IMG/VR virus record: IMGVR_UViG_2687453464_000002
Coordinates: 15,088-79,087 of that record
Direction: 5' to 3' (one strand)
Source: a virus
Lineage: Duplodnaviria; Caudoviricetes
DNA length: 64,000 nucleotides
Both the position numbers and the translations under genes were made by a program. Of the stretch, positions 50,980-58,612 are shown one piece after another (position 1 is the stretch's first letter; every line of letters begins with the position of its first letter). Under the pieces are notes generated by a model. That model saw only the letters and a program-made list of their open reading frames with translations, was not told the origin of the DNA and made no database searches.

Positions 50980-51575
50980 TACCCCGCGAAGCTCATCAGC
51001 TTCGCGGCGGCGTTCTCGGCCTCTGCGTGCGTACGAAATGGTTTGTGCAGGATCCAGCGCCACAAAACATCGAGCGCTGCGCTGTACAGCTGGTGGAATT
51101 CTGTTTCGTCCATCTTCGCAAACGAGATGCTACGCGGGTGTTTTCGGAGAGTGCCGTCGGGCAGCTGGATAGCATCGTAGTGGCCTGCCTCTACAGTCAC
51201 CCACGCGCGATAGGCGTCAAAGGATTTGCACGCGCTGATGCTGCCGGCGCGACGGTCGGCGATGCGCTCGAGATATTGATCTGCAGCGTCGAGCAATGTT
51301 GACTCGCTGCCGCCGAACGTAGAAAGGAATTTTGCATACCCGGTAACCAGCTTGCGCTCGTTCGTCGATATCGCGCCGCCGGTAGGTTCCCAGTATTCGA
51401 AGCCCAGGTTGAGAAGCGCGAAAAAACGACGGTGAAACGCCGGATTGCGCACCTTTTTGAACTCGGCCACCAGCACGGCGCCGAGCTTGCATTGTGATTG
51501 CAGAAAATCGCTGGTCTCCGGCGTGGCCGGGATCAGTATTCCGCTTGATTGCTTGATGAGTTGTAACTGCGCCAT
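50979..51575 (-). CDS. DUF1367 family protein
   Basis: RNPAFHRRFFALLNLGFEYWEP, SISFAKMD. Confidence 0.9.
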   Translation of the reverse strand: MAQLQLIKQSSGILIPATPETSDFLQSQCKLGAVLVAEFKKVRNPAFHRRFFALLNLGFEYWEPTGGAISTNERKLVTGYAKFLSTFGGSESTLLDAADQYLERIADRRAGSISACKSFDAYRAWVTVEAGHYDAIQLPDGTLRKHPRSISFAKMDETEFHQLYSAALDVLWRWILHKPFRTHAEAENAAAKLMSFAG

Positions 51576-51617
51576 AGTGTCTCCTGTGGCGCAGCAGGTA
51601 CGGGGTGTTCAGGCCCG

Positions 51618-51851
51618 TTAAGTTAGTGTATCAGATCCGATTATGCGATATCCGGCACGTTCTAAAATTTGTGTCATCAACTTCGGTGTACCGACGATAT
51701 CGTCTGGCTGCAGCGGCATGAACGACACATGCCCGCCGCTTCTGTACATCAGCGCCCGGTCGCAATCCGGGAAGCTGGAAAATATTGCAACGACGACTGA
51801 GTCGCAGCAGCGAATGAGTTCATAACCGCTCTTCGGCGTTTGTCCGGCCAT
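51618..51851 (-). CDS. putative LexA-controlled antirepressor (Gifsy GftA-like)
   Basis: 77 aa, LexA box upstream, followed by DUF1367 as in Gifsy-2; phage repressor lacks an autocleavage domain. Confidence 0.6.
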   Translation of the reverse strand: MAGQTPKSGYELIRCCDSVVVAIFSSFPDCDRALMYRSGGHVSFMPLQPDDIVGTPKLMTQILERAGYRIIGSDTLT

Positions 51852-51967
51852 CTCTGCCTCCTTTGCTGTGTTCCGGTCAGAGATTAAAATCAGTCACCCA
51901 AAAAAACTGGTAGTCGTTTGTTTTTAATTGGAAAAATATCAAAACTCATTACTCACCCCTCCATGAA

Positions 51968-51983
51968 CTGTTTATTTATACAG
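51968..51983. promoter_or_regulatory. LexA (SOS) box
   Basis: CTGTTTATTTATACAG = CTGT-N8-ACAG. Confidence 0.8.
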
Positions 51984-52072
51984 TATCATTATGTATAGGC
52001 AATCTTGCTTTTGCAAGCGAAGAAAAGCCCCGCCAGGGGCTTTTGAGTGCTACGGTTTAACAATCGTCCAGT

Positions 52073-52291
52073 TTATCCACGCCTCACCTCCGCGTAATGA
52101 TTGCTTTCTGTACGTCGTGCAGTTTCTTCTGTCGTTGCAGTCAACGAATTAGCTCTCGCTGCGCGATAGCCAGTACCAAAGTGGTACACGACAACATAGC
52201 CACGATGAAATGCGACAATCTCACAGCCTCGATCGCCCCATTTTGTGCGGTGGATGCAGAAATCGCCGGCCTTCAGTTCAGTTTTCATCAC
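52073..52291 (-). CDS. hypothetical phage protein
   Basis: GGAGG RBS, coupled to upstream ORF. Confidence 0.6.
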   Translation of the reverse strand: MMKTELKAGDFCIHRTKWGDRGCEIVAFHRGYVVVYHFGTGYRAARANSLTATTEETARRTESNHYAEVRRG

Positions 52292-52490
52292 AAACCTCCG
52301 TACTAATCGGCTGGATAGTGTCTAGAAGCAGGCGCCGGCGCGTATGCTCCGCAAAATGTCGTTTGCCTGTGTCCTTTCGGTAATACTCGTTTTTACCGAC
52401 AACCCACATCGCGCTCGTTTCGTGTAGCTTCTTGAGCTTCGGGCCGTCTTTCGTGATGACCGTTCCTGTATGCGTTTTTACAATGCTCAT
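52278..52490 (-). CDS. hypothetical phage protein
   Basis: ATG 52490 overlapping upstream stop; KTHTGTVITKDG. Confidence 0.65.
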   Translation of the reverse strand: MSIVKTHTGTVITKDGPKLKKLHETSAMWVVGKNEYYRKDTGKRHFAEHTRRRLLLDTIQPISTEVCDEN

Positions 52491-52879
52491 ACAGCCCCCT
52501 TCTGAACGCCGGCCAGTGCCCGATCGAACATTTTGTGCATCAGGCAGTAGCGCAGCTCTACTGGGTGGAAATGCCACAGTGTCGTGTCCGACTGCTTACT
52601 CGTTTTAGAGCGGTAGTTGATGTCGCTCAGCTCGAGAAAACGCTCGCTGGCGTGGATCAGCTGAAAACGTGCCTTGTTCCCCTGGCCGGTTTTGATCATT
52701 TTGACGCTTGGAGATCGCACCATCGCGTGCAGACGACACAGAATAGAACCGCGGCTCATCGTGTGGTCCGGATATGCATCATCGAGCATCCTGTAAATTT
52801 CTGCGGTGCTCAGGTTTTTACCCTTGATCAGCTCAGCGAGCTGTTTCGTTGTTACCCTACGTTCAGATTTGTTGGTCAT
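52487..52879 (-). CDS. hypothetical protein, probable winged-HTH
   Basis: RBS AACCGGAGCATAAACCAATG; LSTAEIYRML helix pattern. Confidence 0.65.
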   Translation of the reverse strand: MTNKSERRVTTKQLAELIKGKNLSTAEIYRMLDDAYPDHTMSRGSILCRLHAMVRSPSVKMIKTGQGNKARFQLIHASERFLELSDINYRSKTSKQSDTTLWHFHPVELRYCLMHKMFDRALAGVQKGAV

Positions 52880-52883
52880 TGGT

Positions 52884-53531
52884 TTATGCTCCGGTTTTCC
52901 TACGTTCGTACTGCTCAAGAAGTAACTGCGCTGGCGTTGGGCCGCTGGCCTTTGGCGCCGCCAACTGGCGGCGGATCGGCGGTATCGGCAAACCTCTTTC
53001 AACCCGCTTTTCCCAGTGCTCCAGCTCTTTACTTGCCTGCTCTCTCAGTTCCTTATCGGTTAATCTCAGCTCTACGCCCTTTCGCTTTAATGCGATGCAG
53101 ATGTGGTACATGACCGGGTGGCTCCACGGAAATTTCTCAGCGCAGCTGTACCGGTAGAACTCATCGCGCCAGCGTTTGTTTTCTGCCAAAACATCGTCAA
53201 CCGACACGCCCAGCGCTCCGCCGCCACACTCGGCCACCAGCGAGACGAACTCCGCAAAATCTGGCGGCCAGTGATTACCTGATTTGCATCGGTCGATGCA
53301 CGCACTGCACACGCGCTGCAGGTGCTCACTGGTCATCGAACTGACCTGTGCCTCCCATAGGTTTGATGGACGATTGCCATTCTTCGCATTCCAGCGTGTC
53401 CCGTAGACCTTGAACATCAGGTCCCACAACCCCCACGCTGGCCCCAGCTGACGACTGCCAGCGCTGCTCCCACTCGAGATACTGCTCGGCGTAGGATCTC
53501 GGGTCACTCTGGTTTGGTCGGAATTCCACAT
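52884..53531 (-). CDS. replication protein P-like (helicase loader)
   Basis: WPPDFAEFV, FPWSHPVMYHIC; AGGAGG RBS; follows initiator gene. Confidence 0.75.
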   Translation of the reverse strand: MWNSDQTRVTRDPTPSSISSGSSAGSRQLGPAWGLWDLMFKVYGTRWNAKNGNRPSNLWEAQVSSMTSEHLQRVCSACIDRCKSGNHWPPDFAEFVSLVAECGGGALGVSVDDVLAENKRWRDEFYRYSCAEKFPWSHPVMYHICIALKRKGVELRLTDKELREQASKELEHWEKRVERGLPIPPIRRQLAAPKASGPTPAQLLLEQYERRKTGA

Positions 53532-54468
53532 GATTTCCTCCTGTAGTTACTTCCCATGAATTTTCAAACTCCCTGCGTGGCCCCAAGAACGTCTGGGCCT
53601 GCAGGACAAACTCGGTACCAGTTTTTTGACTGGACATGCAGTAATCACGGTACCGTTCAACGCCGGATAGCATCACGGCCGGCGCTACACCATCGCGCTT
53701 GCGGGCATTCCAGCAGGCAAATGCTTTGTTTTTTGGATTACTTCCCTGCCGACGAGGATAGGCCTGCCACAAGGTTTCAAATTCAGCCGGGTATTCCTGA
53801 CCCTTGGCTTTCTTGGTTCGGGTTATACCAGGTGAATCACCATGAGCATCTGCCGGCACTTGGCGAGCATCGCTGCCATGTGCCAATAGGTTTTTATCTT
53901 TTAAGATCTGTTTACTGTTTACTGCTTTCTGGATACCTCTTGGCAAAGCCTTAGCCTTATCCTTAGGCAAAGGATTAGCCAAAGAGAAAGCCTTATCGAA
54001 AGCCAACCCCATAGCCTTAGAAACCCCGTGTGACGTGGCTCTTAGCGATTCCAATGCCTCATATTTAAGGTCGCATTCGGGCAGTAATTCGAACGCGCGC
54101 ACCCATGATTTAATAACGTTCACTGATGCTGGAGGGTTATGTTTCGCAGCATTCGGAAGCCAAAAGACTCTGGCTTGCATGTCGGCTTTTACCATCCCTA
54201 GAGATAAGGCTTCGCCCAAGGCTAAGTCGAAGGCTTCGACCTCCCACCCCAACTCCTCGGCCAAAGCTGCGCGTCCCGCCTTGAACAAGCCAGGTATAAT
54301 CCCTGTGAAGGGGCCTGTGAGCAGGTAAATAAACAAGCTCTGGCCGCTAGGTGGCAACGGGGATAACGCCCTGAAACTCGGGTCGTCCCACATCGTGATT
54401 TTTACCTTTCGGTAAGGCTCGTTGTTAGCCTTACTCTTAGCCAAAGGTTTTGGCATACTATTAGCCAT
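53326..54468 (-). CDS. replication initiator (O-like)
   Basis: YRKVKITMWDD N-terminus, FETLWQAYPRR C-terminal domain, internal repeats. Confidence 0.8.
   Translation of the reverse strand: MANSMPKPLAKSKANNEPYRKVKITMWDDPSFRALSPLPPSGQSLFIYLLTGPFTGIIPGLFKAGRAALAEELGWEVEAFDLALGEALSLGMVKADMQARVFWLPNAAKHNPPASVNVIKSWVRAFELLPECDLKYEALESLRATSHGVSKAMGLAFDKAFSLANPLPKDKAKALPRGIQKAVNSKQILKDKNLLAHGSDARQVPADAHGDSPGITRTKKAKGQEYPAEFETLWQAYPRRQGSNPKNKAFACWNARKRDGVAPAVMLSGVERYRDYCMSSQKTGTEFVLQAQTFLGPRREFENSWEVTTGGNHVEFRPNQSDPRSYAEQYLEWEQRWQSSAGASVGVVGPDVQGLRDTLECEEWQSSIKPMGGTGQFDDQ
53885..54030. other. probable phage replication origin
   Basis: AGCCTTA at 53947, 53953, 53989 and 54013 next to an AT-rich tract, inside the initiator gene. 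Confidence 0.55.
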
Positions 54469-54531
54469 AATTAAGCCTTAAATTCGGACCATTTGTGCAT
54501 TATTTACAATGCGTAACTACAAGGAATTACA

Positions 54532-54726
54532 ATGAAAACCTTTAATCATGTACTGCCTCATCGCGACGAAATCAGCATCGAACTTTTAGAGGGAAATGTT
54601 GTTCAGCTAACACAAGAAAACCCCTCTTCCAGTCACCCCGATCAGATAAGAATCCATGCGGATGATGTCCCAGTGCTGATCGATGCGCTCACACGCGCCG
54701 AAAACGTAGCGAAAGCTGATTTTTAA
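54532..54726 (+). CDS. hypothetical protein, counter-oriented
   Basis: AAGGA RBS, 64 aa, occupies the intergenic space. Confidence 0.55.
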   Translation: MKTFNHVLPHRDEISIELLEGNVVQLTQENPSSSHPDQIRIHADDVPVLIDALTRAENVAKADF

Positions 54727-54777
54727 GAACGAAGCCATTCGTTCTGACCGTCCTTCTACCGAATTTCATTGATCTTC

Positions 54778-55020
54778 TCACCGGCGCCCCATCCGGCGCC
54801 CTGGTACGTGCGGACGGTCTGGTTTACCCTTCACTCGCTTGAGCGGCTTTGCGTACGTCTTTGCCATCGCTAAGCTGCTTGCGATCGTGGCGTTCTGCCG
54901 GGACAGGTAATGATCGGCACCGCGTACGGCCGCCGACCGGGCGATGTCGTATTCATACCCATCGCGCACCAGTTGGGCGCGGATCTGCGATTCGATTTGT
55001 TCTCTGGAAAAGTTAGCCAT
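54778..55020 (-). CDS. hypothetical phage protein
   Basis: RBS CAACCGGAGCATAAACCAATG, 80 aa basic. Confidence 0.7.
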   Translation of the reverse strand: MANFSREQIESQIRAQLVRDGYEYDIARSAAVRGADHYLSRQNATIASSLAMAKTYAKPLKRVKGKPDRPHVPGRRMGRR

Positions 55021-55038
55021 TGGTTTATGCTCCGGTTG

Positions 55039-55608
55039 TTACATGCAGCTGCTGAATATTGCCGCTGCACTGGTCATCACTGCCGCCCAGCGTTCCGGCG
55101 GGGCCAGCTTTACCAGCGATTCGATCCCCTCGCGGATTTCCTTCTCAAGTTCGCGCAGCGGCGCACCGAGTAAAGCCGCCTGTTTTGCCTCTGCGCACTC
55201 CTTCATTGCGTCGGCCACCAGCTCGAGCTTGGTCTTCCCCTGCTTTAAGCCGTGCTTTCTCGCGATTTCGATCGGCATCACATCGGCAATCACCGGCGCC
55301 AGCTGCATGACGTAGCCCATGTATTTTTGGGAGCAATGCGGGTTATCCAGCCAGCGGAAGATGTTCTGCTTGTTGTTCCGCTCGGAAACGCCCAGCTGCA
55401 GCCCTTTACCACCGCGGCACAGCCATTCATCAGTGATCAGCTTCGCGATGATTTCCTGCGCTTTGCCGGGGATCGTGGCCTGCCACTCTTCTACTGCCTG
55501 CCGCACGGCGTATGGCTTCACAGTACCGCGGCGGTGAAAACCAGATTGATTTTCTGAAATCACTCCTTGGCCTCCTGTCCTGATAACATCCTGGAAAGTG
55601 AATGACAT
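55039..55608 (-). CDS. CII-like / YdaT family protein
   Basis: AVEEWQ, QNIFRWLD, KECAEAKQAALLGAP...KEIREGI; after cro. Confidence 0.8.
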   Translation of the reverse strand: MSFTFQDVIRTGGQGVISENQSGFHRRGTVKPYAVRQAVEEWQATIPGKAQEIIAKLITDEWLCRGGKGLQLGVSERNNKQNIFRWLDNPHCSQKYMGYVMQLAPVIADVMPIEIARKHGLKQGKTKLELVADAMKECAEAKQAALLGAPLRELEKEIREGIESLVKLAPPERWAAVMTSAAAIFSSCM

Positions 55609-55610
55609 GG

Positions 55611-55841
55611 TTATTCCTCGGTTTTTTTGGGTAGCCCGTCTGTTGGATTTGGATAGAGATCCGGCCGTAGTTCGTGGGGGGTAACGCCTGTAACATGAAA
55701 AATAGGGAATACCCGATCTGCAGGGACGATTCCGCTATACCGGTTTTTCCAGTGACTGATCGTCATGGAAGAAATGCCAAGCTGATTAGCCAACTTGGTA
55801 GCACTTCCGGCTACACAGATGGCTTTTTCTAACGCGCTCAT
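55611..55841 (-). CDS. cro: Cro/YdaS-like regulator
   Basis: HTH plus VTPHELRPDLYPNPTDGLP. Confidence 0.88.
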   Translation of the reverse strand: MSALEKAICVAGSATKLANQLGISSMTISHWKNRYSGIVPADRVFPIFHVTGVTPHELRPDLYPNPTDGLPKKTEE

Positions 55842-55860
55842 AGTTATCTCCATAGGTTTA

Positions 55861-55940
55861 CGTTACGAATTAAACATTTTGTTTATTTAAATGTCAACAT
55901 TATGAGCTTATGAAGGCGTAAACTTTTGGTTTAATATTTA
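55861..55940. promoter_or_regulatory. oR/pR: operators TAAAC-N5-GTTTA (55871..55885, 55919..55933)
   Basis: Palindromes shared with oL; TTGACA-17-TTTAAT on - strand toward cro. Confidence 0.75.
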
Positions 55941-55943
55941 GGT

Positions 55944-56333
55944 ATGAAAGGAAAAAATCACCAAGTTGAGCACCCTCAAGTGCGGCGCCTGAACGAACTG
56001 ATGACAATGAAAGGTATCTCTAAAGCAGAGATGGCCAGGATTGCTGGTGTCAGTCCGCAATCGGTAAATAATTGGTTTTTACGCGGGACCATCGGGAAAA
56101 GCTCTGCGCTAAAGTTATCTGAAGCGCTGGGAGTTTCCGTCGCCTGGCTGCTAGGTGAAGATGTTGATGAGAGCACTGGACTAAACACCAAAGAATCGCA
56201 GATGCTGGCCTTGTTCCGACAACTTCCCGAAGCCGAACAGGAGCGCATGGTTGACGTCTTCCAGAAGCGACTGAAAGAGATCGATGAGTACGTTGAGAAA
56301 TATCTGCGCGGGCGGTATAAGCCAGCGGAGTAG
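55944..56333 (+). CDS. CI-like repressor (Xre HTH, no S24 peptidase domain)
   Basis: Divergent from cro; 129 aa; no obvious SD (possibly leaderless). Confidence 0.88.
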   Translation: MKGKNHQVEHPQVRRLNELMTMKGISKAEMARIAGVSPQSVNNWFLRGTIGKSSALKLSEALGVSVAWLLGEDVDESTGLNTKESQMLALFRQLPEAEQERMVDVFQKRLKEIDEYVEKYLRGRYKPAE

Positions 56334-56435
56334 CCAAGGAGATAACTCCGCAGCTATAAAGGATAAATAGGATGGATGTTTATATATTCAGGCCATATAA
56401 TGACTCATATTTGCAAGTCAAAAGGAACGGAAATA

Positions 56436-57554
56436 ATGGCAAGTATAATATCTCTCTTTAATCATAAAGGCGGTGTTAGCAAAACGACTACTGTATTCCA
56501 TTTAGGGTGGAAGATAGCTTCTACAGGAAAACGGGTTCTTATCATTGATGCCGACCCCCAATGTAATCTAACTGGCCTAACTCTCGGACTTGACGATTAT
56601 GAATCTCTCGTTCGTTTCTATGACAGTAAGCAAAACACTGATATTTTTAACAGCCTTGCTCCAGAGTTCTCTTTGGAAGGCACAAATCACTCACAGATGA
56701 GTTCCACTTCTGTTACTCCAACAAGTAATGAGAATCTTTTCATCTTGGCTGGGAATATTCGCTTTTCAGAGTTAGATACTCAAATCGCTACTGCAATGAC
56801 AAGTAGTAATACTCTGCCAGTATTAAGAAAATTTGTTGGGGCATTCAACCGGCTAGTAAGAAAAATCGCAGCAGAACACAACATAGACATTGTATTGGTT
56901 GACATGAGTCCTAGTGTTTCATCGACAAACCAATGTATCTTGATGAGTTCGGATTACTTTATTGTCCCTATATCTCCTGACTTCTATTGTTATCAAGCAA
57001 TTGATTCACTTAGTAATGTCCTTCCTAAATGGGCCAATGAAATTAATCCATTTAAACAAGGTGGAGATAGCCCGCTACCATCTTCCAACCCCAAAATGCT
57101 AGGGTTTATAACTCAGAACTATCGCATATACACGACGGCTAGCTCTTCTAATCCTGATGAGCCTGAGCAGCCAAAACAAATGTCAAAGGCCTACAGTGAT
57201 TGGTTAGAAAGAATCAAAGATGTTGCCAACCGCAAATTAATTCCAGCTCTAAACAAAGTTTCAATGGTTATTGACGATGATGCTTTTAGGCAATCTGTCT
57301 CTCATGATGCCCCGTACCATTTGGCTGGAGTGCAGAATTTCAGTGGCTTGGTACCAGTTTCTCAGAGACTTTCGAAGCCTATTTTTGATCTTACCAAAGA
57401 GGATGGAAATTGGACTGGTGCCAGATGGATGTGGGAGAAAGGTGGTAAAGAAAATGGCATCAAGGTTAATATTGAAGAAGCAAACCGTGTTTATCATAGC
57501 CTAGCAAAATCAGTGCTTGATATGATTGAACTCGATCAAAAAAGTAAGGTTTAA
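56436..57554 (+). CDS. ParA/MinD family ATPase (orphan)
   Basis: NHKGGVSKTT deviant Walker A, IDADPQCNLT, LVDMSPS. Confidence 0.88.
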   Translation: MASIISLFNHKGGVSKTTTVFHLGWKIASTGKRVLIIDADPQCNLTGLTLGLDDYESLVRFYDSKQNTDIFNSLAPEFSLEGTNHSQMSSTSVTPTSNENLFILAGNIRFSELDTQIATAMTSSNTLPVLRKFVGAFNRLVRKIAAEHNIDIVLVDMSPSVSSTNQCILMSSDYFIVPISPDFYCYQAIDSLSNVLPKWANEINPFKQGGDSPLPSSNPKMLGFITQNYRIYTTASSSNPDEPEQPKQMSKAYSDWLERIKDVANRKLIPALNKVSMVIDDDAFRQSVSHDAPYHLAGVQNFSGLVPVSQRLSKPIFDLTKEDGNWTGARWMWEKGGKENGIKVNIEEANRVYHSLAKSVLDMIELDQKSKV

Positions 57555-57704
57555 CTCCGTTTTTAGGTCTATCCTCCGACTCTTGGTCGGAGCTTGTAAC
57601 CTCTTGATTATAACTAACCGGCCACTGAGCCGGTTTTTTATGCCTCTCCCAACCGGCCACGCGCCGGTTTTCTTACGCCTTGATATCCCCATCGCCAGCG
57701 ACAT

Positions 57705-57767
57705 TAAACATCAAGTTTAACTTTACAAACTCAAAATGTTGACATAGATATAAACAAAGTGTTTAAT
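57705..57767 (+). promoter_or_regulatory. oL/pL: operators TAAAC-N5-GTTTA (57705..57719, 57751..57765)
   Basis: TTGACA(57739)-17-TTTAAT overlapped by an operator palindrome. Confidence 0.78.
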
Positions 57768-57866
57768 GACTCCATCGCAGCAGGTACAACGTTCTGACAC
57801 CGGGAAAGACTGGCGACGGCTGGAGAGACAGCGAGCATAACCAATTACCAACTGAGCAGAAATCGC

Positions 57867-58073
57867 ATGATGGCTATGAGTGATAAGTACAGGTATGGCC
57901 GTTCTAACGCCGGCGTTATCCACATCAAGATCGGGCCACGGGCTGTTGCGTGTAACTCACGCAATAACGGCGTATGGACGTCAACCATTTCAGAAAAAAC
58001 GGCAGCAGCCGCGGCAGAACGCACATTCTGCAAGAAGTGTTTTCCGAACGGTAAACCGGGCACGGGGGAATAA
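57867..58073 (+). CDS. hypothetical protein (first pL gene)
   Basis: 68 aa, H...C and CKKC residues. Confidence 0.6.
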   Translation: MMAMSDKYRYGRSNAGVIHIKIGPRAVACNSRNNGVWTSTISEKTAAAAAERTFCKKCFPNGKPGTGE

Positions 58074-58077
58074 TCCA

Positions 58078-58272
58078 ATGAAAAGCCTGATCCCAAACAG
58101 CGGCAAAGCCATTCACATGCGCAATAAGCGCACCGGCGCGCCGTGGCTAGCATCGTTCGACTATACGTGCGGGCGATATCGTTTTGAGCCAGTCGGCAAC
58201 CTGCGCGCTATCAAGCGCCCGTTTGAATCCCTGCGTATTCCGCCAGAGTTCGAGCCAGCCGGCACCCACTAA
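58078..58272 (+). CDS. hypothetical phage protein
   Basis: GGGGA RBS, ATG 58078, 64 aa. Confidence 0.65.
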   Translation: MKSLIPNSGKAIHMRNKRTGAPWLASFDYTCGRYRFEPVGNLRAIKRPFESLRIPPEFEPAGTH

Positions 58273-58346
58273 GTAAAAAATATCGCAACGTCGTATGCCC
58301 GCCATTTCGGGCAGGGATGAGTGCAACCTGAATTCAATGAGGCATT

Positions 58347-58372
58347 CCCCGCCACGGACGGCGGGGCTTTTT
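58347..58372 (+). terminator. tL-type terminator
   Basis: CCCCGCC-acggac-GGCGGGGC-TTTTT. Confidence 0.75.
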
Positions 58373-58457
58373 GAAGCCATGAAAATGCGTGCCGCGTTTC
58401 CCATTTATTGGTGGGGCGTCAAGGCGTAGGCGCGCATTTCAATGACGAGCAAGAAGC

Positions 58458-58579
58458 AAAAAGGCCCGCACGAGGCGGGCCTATCTGCCGGCTTTACGTC
58501 CCGGCGACGGGTTACCGGGGAACCACCCCCAGCAACCGGAGCATAACCAATGACCAACCGAAGCAGGCCACTGATTGGC
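58458..58579 (-). ncRNA. candidate antisense sRNA with exposed anti-SD seed
   Basis: TTGTGT-18-TACAAT promoter (58613..58584), three hairpins, GGCCCGC/GCGGGCC-UUUUU terminator; seed complementary to several phage RBSs. Confidence 0.6.
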
Positions 58580-58612
58580 TTGCATTGTAACTAAATATCG
58601 GAGAGTTACACA

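Noticed and set aside
58147-58404. 85-aa - strand ORF near the sRNA
   Set aside because: Runs through terminator hairpins and antisense to a plausible gene; no good RBS
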